Below are positions 20,547 through 30,631 of a stretch of 64,000 bases of DNA, one piece after another (position 1 is the stretch's first letter; each line of letters starts with the position of its first letter). Origin of the DNA: an uncultured Candidatus Saccharibacteria bacterium (GTDB taxonomy: Bacteria; Patescibacteriota; Saccharimonadia; Saccharimonadales; UBA4665); assembly GCA_963797185.1 (NCBI GenBank), contig CAWCON010000001.1, positions 7,580-71,579 on the forward strand, written 5' to 3'. The notes under the pieces are model-generated. The model did not search any database, was not told the origin of the DNA, and saw nothing but the letters and a program-made list of their open reading frames with translations. Position numbers and translations under genes: made by a program.

Positions 20547-20871
20547 CTTGATCAGTGCTGAGGGCTATCTCACTATAAGGAAAGTCATGGGTCTCAATCG
20601 ATAATACATTTACCGAGCGACGGCGTAAGCCACGTGCACCTCTAAGGTAAAGTAATATCGTTGTTGAGCCTCGAAATATTCCAGCCGATATTATCCCCGG
20701 AATGCTCGTGCCGACAATTCGAATAACACCGTTAGAGCGTTCATAGTGTTCGTGCCACTTTACTCCTGCGATCGATTGTTTAGGAATAATGATTTGGTTG
20801 CGGAGCGCTAAGACTTTTTCCCACCCCGTAAATAGAATCATGAGTGTATCGTCAGTAAAACTAATCTTCAT
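20506..20871 (-). CDS. Hypothetical protein (possibly a bacterial PH-like domain)
   Basis: Start trimmed to ATG 20871 (MKISFTDD...), one nt after the msrB stop. The upstream part of the track ORF overlaps msrB in another frame. Confidence 0.45.
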   Translation of the reverse strand: MKISFTDDTLMILFTGWEKVLALRNQIIIPKQSIAGVKWHEHYERSNGVIRIVGTSIPGIISAGIFRGSTTILLYLRGARGLRRRSVNVLSIETHDFPYSEIALSTDQATAERVLHWWRDT

Positions 20872-20872
20872 A

Positions 20873-21307
20873 TTATCGATCGGAGGTTTTTGGTTTAAAA
20901 TCAAGGGCCGCTGAATTAATACAGTAATGCATCCCGCCAGGTTGTTCGGGCGCATCATCAAATAGGTGGCCGAGATGACTACCGCAATTACTGCAAACCA
21001 CCTCTGTGCGATGCATTCCGAAAGATGTGTCATCCTTAAGTGTCACATTGCCCTTTTTAGCTACATCATAAAAGCTCGGCCATCCATCACGAGTCCCAAA
21101 TTTTGTGTCTGAGCTAAAAAGCGGCTGGCCGCACGCTTGGCAAACATAAGTGCCAGCTTTGGTGTTATAGAGCAGCTTACCGCTAAACGGTGCTTCGGTC
21201 CCCTGCTGACGCAACACACGATACTGTTCGGGCGTCAGCTTTTGACGCCAGTCTTCTTCGCTCATATCAGAAATAGATTTATCCATTTGGCTTATCCAGT
21301 TTATCAA
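20873..21307 (-). CDS. msrB: Peptide-methionine (R)-S-oxide reductase MsrB
   Basis: Two CxxC zinc motifs (CQACGQ, CSNCGS), GHLFDD and the catalytic YCINS. Confidence 0.92.
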   Translation of the reverse strand: MINWISQMDKSISDMSEEDWRQKLTPEQYRVLRQQGTEAPFSGKLLYNTKAGTYVCQACGQPLFSSDTKFGTRDGWPSFYDVAKKGNVTLKDDTSFGMHRTEVVCSNCGSHLGHLFDDAPEQPGGMHYCINSAALDFKPKTSDR

Positions 21308-21677
21308 GTTTAAAGATCTTTATGATAGCGAATAATGTCGCCATTACCGCTATGAAGTCAATGAACGCATATAAAAACGCCCCCCACGTAAAATCTAATG
21401 TTCTGTGCGCAATATGGACGATGGTCTGTTTTTTAGTATAGGACCCACCGTCGCCAATCAGAGCCGATACAATCGGTGTCACAAAACTGGCATTGAGCTG
21501 ATCAACGAGGGCCTTTACCTGAGTACCCAACACCAGTCCAATAGCCAACCCAACAATTGCATGTTGCCTTAAGAATTCGACAAAGTCGTTAACATGGCGA
21601 GGAGCTGTCACTCTTCTTCGAGTGGTAGGTTTGGATTGGGTTGCAGATTTCAATGTCTGTTTAGAGTTAGCTGCCAT
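21279..21677 (-). CDS. mscL: Large-conductance mechanosensitive channel MscL
   Basis: Track ORF of 132 aa with FVEFLRQHAIVGLAIGLVLGTQVKALVDQLNASFVTPIV and a second TM helix. Confidence 0.85.
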   Translation of the reverse strand: MAANSKQTLKSATQSKPTTRRRVTAPRHVNDFVEFLRQHAIVGLAIGLVLGTQVKALVDQLNASFVTPIVSALIGDGGSYTKKQTIVHIAHRTLDFTWGAFLYAFIDFIAVMATLFAIIKIFKLDKLDKPNG

Positions 21678-21691
21678 AGATGTTTTCCTGA

Positions 21692-23404
21692 TTACATTTT
21701 ATCAACAATTGGGATGCCAAGCAGTATTAAGCCAGCCTGCAAGACTTGGGCGTACTGCGTGGCTAGTGCTAGACGAATTGTCTGCCTCTCGTGATTAAGC
21801 ACGCGGTTGTGCTCGTAAAAATAATTAAATGTTTGCGCCAGTTCATAGAGATACGTGCAAATATGATGCGGTAAAAGTTCTCGAGTAGCTTGATCGACAA
21901 TAGCAGGATATTGGCTGAGCTTACGAAGGAGTGTCCGCTCATCAGCTTCCAGCTCTTGGATTGTTTCGGGTTGAGCCTCTGATGGTGCTTTCGACAATAT
22001 ACTCATTGCCCGTACATATGCGTATTGTAGGTAGGGGCCACTATTACCCTTGAGACTAACCGACTCTACCGGATCATAGATAATGTCGCCACCCAACCGC
22101 TGTTTTAAAAATGAATACTTAACCGCGCCAAGCATAATCTTTTCGTTGTCATTCCCGGAAATTGCTTTATTGGCGGAGACGGTAGTATCAAGTACATCAG
22201 TGGCTAGAATAACTTTTCCTTTTCGGCTACTCATTTTAACCCCGCCCTGTAACTTAACAACTCCGTGAGTAAGGTGGGTTGTATTGGCTGCAAGTTTTGC
22301 AATTTCGGGTTCGAACTGTTCAATTGCTTTTAGTACCACTGCCATGTATTGTTGTTGCTCACTACCAGTAATGATAACGGAGCGATTAAAATGATAATCG
22401 TTCCACTTCAGCATAGTAAGGCCAACATCCTTTGTCTCGTAAGTTGGCAGTCCTTGTTGGGTAATAAAGACTCTGGTGTGGAGTCCATACTTCTCACCAT
22501 GAAACACAATTGCACCCTCCGACTCGGCAAACACACTGCCAAGATGCGCTTTAACTGTTTTAACCCCTAACTCCAGAGTAGCGCTCTCGGGGTAGTACTT
22601 TTCAAAATGACAGCCAATGCGGTCATAAAACATCTCAAAATAGTCATAACTCCATTGGCGGCAGGTCCAGTAAATTCGAGCCAACGCCGATTCATGATCA
22701 TCATCTGCGTGCAGTTGATAGATCTGTTTATTCAACTCTGCTATCTTTTGCTTGGTGTTATTCAAGTCCTCTTCGTATGCCGTAGTCCCGAGTTGATAGC
22801 ACTGGGCGAGCCAAGCAGATCGGTCTTCCAGCGAATCATAAGCCCGCTCTTTAATTTCCGAGTTGGCCCGATCAAATTGTGGTAAGTCGCTGGCGGTTCC
22901 TAGATACAAGATTGCCCATAATGTTCTCGCCACATGAAGTCCAACATCTCCTCCGAAATTAACTCTATGAACAACCGCCCCAGCTATTGCAAATAAATTA
23001 GCGATAGCGTCACCAACAACGCTCGTATATAGATGACCGGCGTGTAGTACTTTGAAAGGATTTGGGTCAGAATACTCGACTACCACAATCTGATTACTTA
23101 ACGTTTCGTCGATAGGAGCCCTCGCTGTATCCCAGAGCGCCCGGTCATTGAGCCGAAAGTTGATAAAACCGGGAGCTACCACCGCCACCTCTCTAACAGT
23201 ATCGTGCAATACTGTTCGCAGCTGTTCGGCCAGTTCCTCGGCCACTTCCTGAGGCTTTTTAGCTACCTTTGAAGCTACCTGTAACGCAATGTTGGTTGAG
23301 TAATCACCAAACTCTTCGTCACACCACTCAAGCCTCGGCAAAATCTCGAGCTGATAACGCTCACGCAGGACGGTAGCAATAGTTTGTTCTAATTGCTTTT
23401 GCAT
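21692..23404 (-). CDS. argS: Arginine--tRNA ligase
   Basis: Track ORF of 570 aa with a HIGH-type HAGHL motif, a KMSK-type MSSRKG motif, and a DALR anticodon-binding C-terminus ending in ...DKM. Confidence 0.97.
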   Translation of the reverse strand: MQKQLEQTIATVLRERYQLEILPRLEWCDEEFGDYSTNIALQVASKVAKKPQEVAEELAEQLRTVLHDTVREVAVVAPGFINFRLNDRALWDTARAPIDETLSNQIVVVEYSDPNPFKVLHAGHLYTSVVGDAIANLFAIAGAVVHRVNFGGDVGLHVARTLWAILYLGTASDLPQFDRANSEIKERAYDSLEDRSAWLAQCYQLGTTAYEEDLNNTKQKIAELNKQIYQLHADDDHESALARIYWTCRQWSYDYFEMFYDRIGCHFEKYYPESATLELGVKTVKAHLGSVFAESEGAIVFHGEKYGLHTRVFITQQGLPTYETKDVGLTMLKWNDYHFNRSVIITGSEQQQYMAVVLKAIEQFEPEIAKLAANTTHLTHGVVKLQGGVKMSSRKGKVILATDVLDTTVSANKAISGNDNEKIMLGAVKYSFLKQRLGGDIIYDPVESVSLKGNSGPYLQYAYVRAMSILSKAPSEAQPETIQELEADERTLLRKLSQYPAIVDQATRELLPHHICTYLYELAQTFNYFYEHNRVLNHERQTIRLALATQYAQVLQAGLILLGIPIVDKM

Positions 23405-23488
23405 CAGTCAGAGTATAACAGATTATAGGGTGGGTGAATTGTCTCCAATAAGTTATCCTGCTTCCTGGATAGAATCTCGCAAAAATTA

Positions 23489-24238
23489 TCACACACCAAG
23501 ACGGCCGACAAAATGATCGTTACAGGTATAGTCCTGGTCAAGCTTTGGGGTAAATTGAGTTAGCCAGGTTACTCCACCGGTAAAATTTTGTTGGTTGCAA
23601 TATGCCACAGCTATCGATTGATTGGTGCTGCCGGTAGCTACCCAAGCCGGCAAGTCATTACGCCAGCCGCCAGTTATGGCCTGCCACTGCGCCGGATATG
23701 CGTAGAACCCGATTGTAGCCAGAAAATTATGCTGCTCAAGTGCGTCGACAGCTCCTTGCAAAGAGGCCCTATTAATCATTTGATTATCGGTCCAGCTATT
23801 TTCGGTCTCAACATCAAGCCACCACACCGAACTGGCAATTCCTCGGTTGGCTGCGTAAACCACCGCATTCAAAGTAGCGTTGTAACCGTAGTTATAGGCC
23901 AAGCAGCTGTCGGTACGTTTTGCGCAATCAAGCGGAAAAGTTGCAAATTTCTGACCGTAACTGCGCCCGGGGTAGCCGGTATTAATATAGAGAGCATATT
24001 TAAAGAATTCTCCTGTTTCTTTTACTAGACACGGATTGGCTGTAAAATCGAGACCATCGTTAATACCCACAATGCCGTAATCGGCTTGCAATGGCGGACT
24101 ACTATTACAGTTGGGCCAAGAAATATCAACCACTTTTCGAGATGGTGGCGGCCCCATAGCAGCAACACTCACAATGGCGGCAATCATTATTCCCACTAAA
24201 CCTACGGCAGTAATCAGATTAATGGTGAAGTTTTTCAC
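23489..24238 (-). CDS. Secreted Cys-containing hypothetical protein (possibly a glycoside-hydrolase-like fold)
   Basis: Track ORF of 249 aa with a signal anchor. Motifs DISWPNC, YINTGYPG and WWLDVETENSW recall lysozyme-like TIM-barrel proteins, but I cannot assign a family. Confidence 0.5.
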   Translation of the reverse strand: MKNFTINLITAVGLVGIMIAAIVSVAAMGPPPSRKVVDISWPNCNSSPPLQADYGIVGINDGLDFTANPCLVKETGEFFKYALYINTGYPGRSYGQKFATFPLDCAKRTDSCLAYNYGYNATLNAVVYAANRGIASSVWWLDVETENSWTDNQMINRASLQGAVDALEQHNFLATIGFYAYPAQWQAITGGWRNDLPAWVATGSTNQSIAVAYCNQQNFTGGVTWLTQFTPKLDQDYTCNDHFVGRLGV

Positions 24239-24258
24239 GATAGCGCCGTATCAACCAA

Positions 24259-24945
24259 TTAGCGTAAAGGGTGATATATTGTTTTGACAAGTCGTCGAAT
24301 AATCACATACATACTACCGATAAGAACAAAAAACATCAGAGTAATCGTAAACGCTTGACCGTGCCCTGCCGGCTGTATGAAAGGATTCGATATCGCAAAC
24401 AGAACTCCGGCCGGATTGAGTAAAATATCCCACGAACTCCATCGTAGATCCCGACCAATATAGATAGCAAAACTGCATACCAAAAAGGTTAAACCGATCA
24501 AGCCAGCTGCCCACCGAGGGCTAACCCGCCGTCTTAGTTGTTGATGGATTAAATATATACTGATGTATCCCAAGAGAAGACCATTAAAAATAAACGATTC
24601 GTACATCACACTCTCGTACAACAGGTTACTGGTAGCAATATTGGTAAGGTGAATAAGATCACTAACAAGATAAAAGCTGTTGGGTAATAAACTTAACCAG
24701 AGAGCCGTTAGAATCATCGGACGCCAGTTAAGCCACGGATAACTCTGTAAGACCGACAGCAGCCAGCCAACTGCCAATAACGGCAACCACGCCAATAATA
24801 GATTGCCGACCAGGAATGCATCCGCTAAGGTACGGTTATTGATAGCACTGACTGCAAAAAACCCAATACTCACAAGACTCGACAGGCCAAGTGCCACTAG
24901 CAATTCAGCTTGGCGAGGATACGTTTTCCACCGCATGAAGTCCAT
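24259..24945 (-). CDS. Polytopic membrane protein (DUF1361-like)
   Basis: Track ORF of 228 aa with about 6 hydrophobic helices. The family assignment is tentative. Confidence 0.5.
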   Translation of the reverse strand: MDFMRWKTYPRQAELLVALGLSSLVSIGFFAVSAINNRTLADAFLVGNLLLAWLPLLAVGWLLSVLQSYPWLNWRPMILTALWLSLLPNSFYLVSDLIHLTNIATSNLLYESVMYESFIFNGLLLGYISIYLIHQQLRRRVSPRWAAGLIGLTFLVCSFAIYIGRDLRWSSWDILLNPAGVLFAISNPFIQPAGHGQAFTITLMFFVLIGSMYVIIRRLVKTIYHPLR

Positions 24946-24961
24946 TATATCAACTATTGCA

Positions 24962-26095
24962 CTATTGTGAGGTTGTTGACCGTTTGACAGACGTAAGACT
25001 AATCACGAATTGAGCGCCACCACTCGGGTAATTACGTCCTGCGATATCACCACGATTCGCGGCAGTAATTTGCTTCGCAAGCGATAACCCTAGGCCATAC
25101 CCATGAGTTTTGGCGGTGCGGGATTTATCGCCCCTGTAGAGACGATCAAAGATGTAGGGCAGATCTGTTTCAGTAATACCTGGCCCTTCGTCTCGAATGC
25201 TGATATGATAGCGGCCCCCGTTTTTAACACCATCGATATGAACGGTAGTATGATCAGGACTATATTTTATGGCGTTATCAAGAATAATGCTGAGCAACTC
25301 AACCAAACTATCAAAATCACCCTGCACTAACCCGCTCGGTGTTTGTCGAGCAAGAGTAATGTGACGACTATCGGCTAATTTAGTGATACGTTTTACTGAC
25401 TCTGCGGCAATTGATGAAATATCCACCGGGCCTAACGTTAAGGAAGTTTTTTGATACTGAGTAAGCGCCAGCAAACTACCAGCAAGATTTTCAAGACGCT
25501 GTACTTCTTCGAGATTACTTTCAATCAATGCTCGGGCCTCGGGTTTACTGAAATCTCTCTGACGTAGAAAGACCTCATTCTCAACCTTCAGATTTGCTAG
25601 CGGTGTACGAAGTTCGTGGCTCGCATCGGTCGCAAAACGAGTTTGGGTTTCGTGGGCATCCTCAATCGGTTTTAAGGCGCGTCCGGCATACCAGTAACTT
25701 AACAAGCCACCGCCCAGCAGAACAAGCAAGTTGATAAGTATTACATCGTGATCGAGGTCGCGACGAAGATTGGCATTTTGAGTCGATTGAAAATGCGTAA
25801 AATCTTTACTCGAGGTCGGTGGCACCGAATAAATGCCATATAAAAGCTGATGAACCATGCCACGCTGGGCCAAACCGGCATCATCAAATTCACGCTGGGC
25901 CAATGTCTGAATACTAATTGTCAGTACGAGGCTAATAACAAGCAGTATGATAAGGTAAAAACCTGTCAATTTCACTCTTGCCGAATGAAATAGCGTCGGC
26001 GGTTTTGTCTGAATACTTTCTTTCCAGTTGCTGACTTTTGTGGCGATTGCCGTCTGCTTTAATCGATTGTATAAGTCGTAGGATTTATTACTCAT
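24962..26095 (-). CDS. Membrane sensor histidine kinase
   Basis: Two TM segments, the HisKA H-box SHELRTPL and an HATPase_c domain (DNAIKY, RDEGPGI, GYGLGLS). Confidence 0.92.
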   Translation of the reverse strand: MSNKSYDLYNRLKQTAIATKVSNWKESIQTKPPTLFHSARVKLTGFYLIILLVISLVLTISIQTLAQREFDDAGLAQRGMVHQLLYGIYSVPPTSSKDFTHFQSTQNANLRRDLDHDVILINLLVLLGGGLLSYWYAGRALKPIEDAHETQTRFATDASHELRTPLANLKVENEVFLRQRDFSKPEARALIESNLEEVQRLENLAGSLLALTQYQKTSLTLGPVDISSIAAESVKRITKLADSRHITLARQTPSGLVQGDFDSLVELLSIILDNAIKYSPDHTTVHIDGVKNGGRYHISIRDEGPGITETDLPYIFDRLYRGDKSRTAKTHGYGLGLSLAKQITAANRGDIAGRNYPSGGAQFVISLTSVKRSTTSQ

Positions 26096-26099
26096 TGGA

Positions 26100-26762
26100 C
26101 TAAGTTATCTTGTACCCATAGCCACGAATGGTCTTAATAACACGCTCACCTGGCCCGATCTTCTTTCTAACGTTTGCAACAAACGTCTCAACCGTATTAT
26201 GTTGAACCCGAGATTCATCAGCCCAGACGTGATCGAGCAAACGGTCTTTACTTAACACTTCTCCTTTGTGTCGTAGCAAATACTCAACCAAACGAAACTC
26301 CTGAGCTGTTAAGTGTACCGGTTGATTGCGGTAAACCACATTTTTTGCCACAACATCAAGCTCAAGCGAACTGGTTTTCAAAACATTGTCGCCATGAGCT
26401 TTTGGGCGTCGTAACAGTGCCCGGATACGAGCCAGCAATTCGTCATAGGAGAAAGGTTTGGGTAAATAGTCATCAGCTCCAACATCTAACCCTTGGACTC
26501 GATCACCAATTGTTGTACGAGCAGTTAACATTAGGATTGGCATCTGTTCATGACGTGTCCGCCATAATTTAATAAGAGCCGGGCCGTCATACTTCCCAGG
26601 GATCATCCAATCCAAGATGACTAAATCATAACTACCAGCCTGCACGAGTGTTTCTGCCATATCACCATCAATAGCTACGTCGATAATATAGCCTTCAGCA
26701 CTGAGGCCTTTCTGTAAGCTACGAGCTATTTTTTCTTCGTCTTCAACTATCAATATCTTCAT
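26100..26762 (-). CDS. OmpR/PhoB-family response regulator
   Basis: Receiver domain (MKILIVEDEE ... LVILDWMIP) plus a winged-helix C-terminus (LTAQEFRLVEYL ... IKTIRGYGYKI). Confidence 0.94.
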   Translation of the reverse strand: MKILIVEDEEKIARSLQKGLSAEGYIIDVAIDGDMAETLVQAGSYDLVILDWMIPGKYDGPALIKLWRTRHEQMPILMLTARTTIGDRVQGLDVGADDYLPKPFSYDELLARIRALLRRPKAHGDNVLKTSSLELDVVAKNVVYRNQPVHLTAQEFRLVEYLLRHKGEVLSKDRLLDHVWADESRVQHNTVETFVANVRKKIGPGERVIKTIRGYGYKIT

Positions 26763-26833
26763 CGTGCATCCCGTTAATACCTGTCATTATCTCTCTTCTA
26801 ACTGGAAACTGCCTGCAAAAATAAGAATCTATG

Positions 26834-27865
26834 TTAATTCAAAGCTTTTTTGAATTTCTCAATTAACTCAACTGGGGTTGGATTAATATTGCTCAGCAGA
26901 GCCAAATAGAGACTAACAAAGTCGCCGAGCGCAATTGTCCATAGAAGTTGTTGGAGCGGTGTTTCACCTTCCGCTTGAATAACTATCGGGGTTGGACGCA
27001 TGCCGGATAAGACCTGTTCGGTAATCTCAAAACGCTTTTGAACTCGAGGATTTTCAAGATTACTGCGTAAATCAATGACAGCGTACGGTTTATCGACTGG
27101 CTGTTTTGTCCATCCCAGCATTTCATTGTGATTAAACTCTGGTAACTGATTGACCCAGGCAATATATTTCGAGCTTTCGTTAAAACTGATTTTCCACTTG
27201 TAAGCTGCTGGGTACAAAAGTGGCCCACCGTAGACTACCACCGACTTGCCAACCAGTTCTTGAGCTGTTGATTTCGCAAGATTGGTCTTTGTCGGAATGT
27301 TAACTTCCCAGGCCTTAATCTTATCCTGCAACCAGGTAGCGGTCGTCTCTAGTACTTGAGGCCCGCATGGAACCGCCAGAACCCCAAGCCCAGAGAATAG
27401 TTCAAGTAAGGCTGCCAAACTATACAAAACCGCCATACGAGGCTGTAAGCCCCCAGGCAAGAGATATAACGGGTAGTTCTTTTCCTTGGCACGTTCCACC
27501 AAGGCACCCCCAGATGATAAGACAACAATCTGACACTGTCGAGACTCGGCTTCAGTCAGTGCGGCAAGCGTTTCTTCCGTATTTCCCGAGTAGCTGGAAG
27601 CAATAAAAACCGTACCTGGGCCCACGTAAGCTGGCAATGAGTATTGACGAACTATCTCGTACGGAACCGTTAATCGCGGCCATGATTGAATAACCAAAGC
27701 TGCCAAGGCCGATCCCCCCATACCAGCCAACACTACTGAACTAACAGCTTGAGTTGGTTCCCATTTAACCTGAAAATCATGCTGTAATTGTTGCCATTGA
27801 TTTTGCGCGACACCAAGCGCATCTTGTCCGTCCCGCTCGTGAATATATTTAAGGTCATCCAACAT
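26834..27865 (-). CDS. Bifunctional phosphoglucose/phosphomannose isomerase (SIS domain)
   Basis: Track ORF of 343 aa with SIS motifs (GMGGSALAA, SYSGNTEET) and the characteristic C-terminal PGI/PMI domain. Confidence 0.8.
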   Translation of the reverse strand: MLDDLKYIHERDGQDALGVAQNQWQQLQHDFQVKWEPTQAVSSVVLAGMGGSALAALVIQSWPRLTVPYEIVRQYSLPAYVGPGTVFIASSYSGNTEETLAALTEAESRQCQIVVLSSGGALVERAKEKNYPLYLLPGGLQPRMAVLYSLAALLELFSGLGVLAVPCGPQVLETTATWLQDKIKAWEVNIPTKTNLAKSTAQELVGKSVVVYGGPLLYPAAYKWKISFNESSKYIAWVNQLPEFNHNEMLGWTKQPVDKPYAVIDLRSNLENPRVQKRFEITEQVLSGMRPTPIVIQAEGETPLQQLLWTIALGDFVSLYLALLSNINPTPVELIEKFKKALN

Positions 27866-27948
27866 ACCGCTAAACTCCTTGTGTTATAATCCTGTACATA
27901 TATATACTATTACGTAGTATAAACGAGAGGTTAATCAAAGGGGGACAA

Positions 27949-28467
27949 ATGTTCGGGCACCAAGATGGACAGGATAATAATCAAACTGATCAGACGCTAA
28001 GTGATACTAATGCGCCTTTACTCCAAACCGACACATCAGCGATGCCAGAACCTCCAGCCATGGATCCTCCGCAAGAGCCTGTCACTTCAGACCAACCCGA
28101 CCTACCATTACCCGAGCCAGCTGACGCGCCGGTAATAACTGAGCCTCCGGTTGACCAGAATCAAGCAGACACTACCCCTGATCTTTCAGCTAGCCCAACT
28201 CCAACTCCATCAAGTGATGGCAATAATTTACTCGATATTAAACAGCAAGCTCTCCAGCAACTAAGCCCCCTGATGGGTCATCTTAACCAAACTCCTGAAG
28301 AAAAATTCCGAACCACCATGATGATGATTCAAGCTGCTGATGATCAGTCACTTATTCCCACGGCTTATGAGGCGGCTCAACAGATTACGGATGAAAAAGG
28401 TCGAGCTCAAGCTCTCCTCGACGTCGTCAACGAGATCAATTACTTCACACAACAAAAAGCTAGCTAA
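27949..28467 (+). CDS. Hypothetical protein with an acidic Pro-rich N-terminal half and a helical C-terminal half
   Basis: Track ORF of 172 aa preceded by GGGGGA before the ATG. No recognisable domain. Confidence 0.55.
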   Translation: MFGHQDGQDNNQTDQTLSDTNAPLLQTDTSAMPEPPAMDPPQEPVTSDQPDLPLPEPADAPVITEPPVDQNQADTTPDLSASPTPTPSSDGNNLLDIKQQALQQLSPLMGHLNQTPEEKFRTTMMMIQAADDQSLIPTAYEAAQQITDEKGRAQALLDVVNEINYFTQQKAS

Positions 28468-28535
28468 AATAGCTCAAACAAGATAGTAAGTTAAGTATTA
28501 CTTATAGAGAAAGATGTAGGGCGGTTTATGCCGAC

Positions 28536-30176
28536 CTACATCATGCCCATGCCGCCCATGTCAGGTGGCGCTGCAGCTTCTTTCTTTTCGGGAACGTCAA
28601 CCACAAGCGCACCCATAGTCATTGAGGTACCGGCAATTGAGACTGCGTTCTGTAAAGCTTCTTTCGTAACACGGGTTGGATCAATAATTCCAGCGGTTTT
28701 CATATTCACTAATTTGCCGGGCTCATTGACGTTAACACCGAAACCAGGTTTTGCCTCAAAGATTTTTGGCAACCACTCATCAGGATTGAGGCCTGAGTTA
28801 TACATGAGTTCAAAGAATGGTCGAAGCAAAGCGGACTTCAAGATCAGCATACCGGCTGCAACGCTGTCGGTGCCGGTAACTACGATACTGTTGCTAAGAC
28901 TAATTAACGTAACTCCACCACCAGGGACAATACCCTCATCAAGAGCAGCCTTCACAGCATGTACTGCGTCATCAACACGAAACTTCTTTTCTTCAATCTC
29001 AGTTTCTGTAGCGCCACCAACTTTGATGACGGCAACTTTCCCGCTCAGTGAAGCACGTCGTTTTTCAAGATTCTCTTTATCGTATTCGCTTGTTGCCTGA
29101 TCAGCTTGATTGGCAATCTGTTTGATGCGTGCTTGGACTTCAGTATTTGAACCGCCACCCTCGATGATAGTTGTCTCGTCTTTGGTGACAATTACTTTTC
29201 GGGCTGAACCCAACATATCAAGTTCGGCATTGTCAAAGTTGTAGCCACGATCTTCGGTAATAACCGTTGCGCCAGTTAGCACAGCGATATCGTTCAGAAT
29301 ATCCTTACGACGATCCCCAAAAGCTGGAGCTTTTATAGCAACCGTATTGAAGACTCCTTTTAAGCGGTTCAGTACTAACGTACCAAGCGCCTCACCTTCT
29401 ACGTCTTCAGCTATTAGGACAAGGTCTTTTTTGCCAGCCTGCGCTAGTTTCTCAAGTATCGGTAAGAATTCCTGAATTGAGCTAATTTTTTTGTCAGTAA
29501 TGAGAATTGCCGGCTTATCATAAACCGCTTCCATGCGAGCAGTATCGGTTACCATATAGGCACTAACAAAGCCGCGGTCAAAAGTAAAACCTTCGACTAC
29601 TTCGCTCTCTAAACTGAGCCCCTGCCCTTCCTCTACCGTTACTACACCATCTTTGCCGACTTTATGAATAACATCGGCTATCAAACTACCGATACTAGCA
29701 TCACCGGCTGATATGGTCGCAACTTCGGCCACGCGGGATTTATTGTCTTTTATGTCTTCACTGTAGCTGCCAAGTTTACTGATAACTTCGTGAGCTGCAG
29801 CCTCTAAGCCCTTTCTGAGTAACATTGGATCATGGCCAGCAGCAATTAATTTATTGGCTTCGTTTAAAATTTGATAGGTCAAGACGGTAACGGTCGTCGT
29901 TCCATCTCCCGCCACATCATTCATCTTGCTGGCGGCTTGTTTAATTAATTCGGCACCGACTTTGTAGCCAAGTGTTTCGTCGTCCACATCTGACAACTCT
30001 ACCCCTTTGGCAACAGTGACACCGTCATGAGTAACGGTCGGGTTACCATAGCTCTTACTAATAACTACGTTGCGTCCTTTTGGCCCCATGGTTGTTTTGA
30101 CTGCATCGTATAAAATTTTTGCTCCACCTAGTACGCGGCGGCGAGCATCATCATCATAAAAAACTTTCTTAGCCAT
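28536..30176 (-). CDS. groL: Chaperonin GroEL
   Basis: Track ORF of 546 aa with AGDGTTTVTVL and a C-terminal GGMGMM tail. Confidence 0.98.
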   Translation of the reverse strand: MAKKVFYDDDARRRVLGGAKILYDAVKTTMGPKGRNVVISKSYGNPTVTHDGVTVAKGVELSDVDDETLGYKVGAELIKQAASKMNDVAGDGTTTVTVLTYQILNEANKLIAAGHDPMLLRKGLEAAAHEVISKLGSYSEDIKDNKSRVAEVATISAGDASIGSLIADVIHKVGKDGVVTVEEGQGLSLESEVVEGFTFDRGFVSAYMVTDTARMEAVYDKPAILITDKKISSIQEFLPILEKLAQAGKKDLVLIAEDVEGEALGTLVLNRLKGVFNTVAIKAPAFGDRRKDILNDIAVLTGATVITEDRGYNFDNAELDMLGSARKVIVTKDETTIIEGGGSNTEVQARIKQIANQADQATSEYDKENLEKRRASLSGKVAVIKVGGATETEIEEKKFRVDDAVHAVKAALDEGIVPGGGVTLISLSNSIVVTGTDSVAAGMLILKSALLRPFFELMYNSGLNPDEWLPKIFEAKPGFGVNVNEPGKLVNMKTAGIIDPTRVTKEALQNAVSIAGTSMTMGALVVDVPEKKEAAAPPDMGGMGMM

Positions 30177-30209
30177 CTGTTATATCTCCTCTGTCTTAAC
30201 TATCTAACC

Positions 30210-30476
30210 CTATTTAACTGTTGCAAGAATATCTTCTTCTTTTACAAGAATATACTCATCAGCACCGAGTTTTACTTCTGTCGTGCTATAGCTTTTATAT
30301 ATAATTCTGTCGCCAACTTTAATCTGCTTGGCCGTTTTGCCAACCGCGAGTACTTTTGCTACTTTTGGCTTTTCCTGAGCATTGTCAGGCAAATAAAGGC
30401 CACTGGCAGTTTTTGATTTTGGTTCCTCTGATGCAGCGACTATGTAGTCTGCGAGAGGTTGAATAGGAACGCTCAT
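30210..30476 (-). CDS. groS: Co-chaperonin GroES
   Basis: Track ORF of 88 aa (IQPLADYIVA...SGLYLP...VGDRIIY), directly upstream of groEL. Confidence 0.95.
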   Translation of the reverse strand: MSVPIQPLADYIVAASEEPKSKTASGLYLPDNAQEKPKVAKVLAVGKTAKQIKVGDRIIYKSYSTTEVKLGADEYILVKEEDILATVK

Positions 30477-30508
30477 TGTAGGTTATTCCTCCGATTAAGT
30501 TATTGTCG

Positions 30509-30535
30509 TTAGCACTATATTAGTGTGAGTGCTAA
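30509..30535 (-). promoter_or_regulatory. CIRCE operator (HrcA binding site)
   Basis: TTAGCACTA-N9-GAGTGCTAA against the consensus TTAGCACTC-N9-GAGTGCTAA. It lies 33 nt upstream of the groES ATG. Confidence 0.85.
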
Positions 30536-30548
30536 CGTATCAGCACTC

Positions 30549-30579
30549 ATAATACTCGAGCGCCAATTCGACTGTCAAG
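30549..30579 (-). promoter_or_regulatory. Sigma-70-like promoter of groES-groEL
   Basis: Minus strand reads TTGACA (30579-30574), an 18-19 nt spacer, then TATTAT (30554-30549), immediately upstream of CIRCE. Confidence 0.6.
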
Positions 30580-30631
30580 TATTATCAGAACCCCCCTCTG
30601 GGTCCTATAGTTTTGACTTGGGAAGAAAAGA

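Noticed and set aside
20872-21033. An upstream 54-aa extension of the 20506 ORF.
   Set aside because: It overlaps the msrB coding sequence in another frame. The ATG at 20871, directly after the msrB stop, gives a coherent start.
28528-29100. A 190-aa plus-strand ORF, with many similar track ORFs elsewhere (for example 674-985, 5418-5819, 14980-15399, 17358-17852, 33644-34090, 44838-45377, 50850-51248).
   Set aside because: These lie entirely antisense to, or out of frame within, strongly supported genes (groEL, RNase J, truB, rpoD, dnaG, the Mur ligase, the fibre gene, purH). Their composition is low-complexity or skewed, so they are shadow ORFs.
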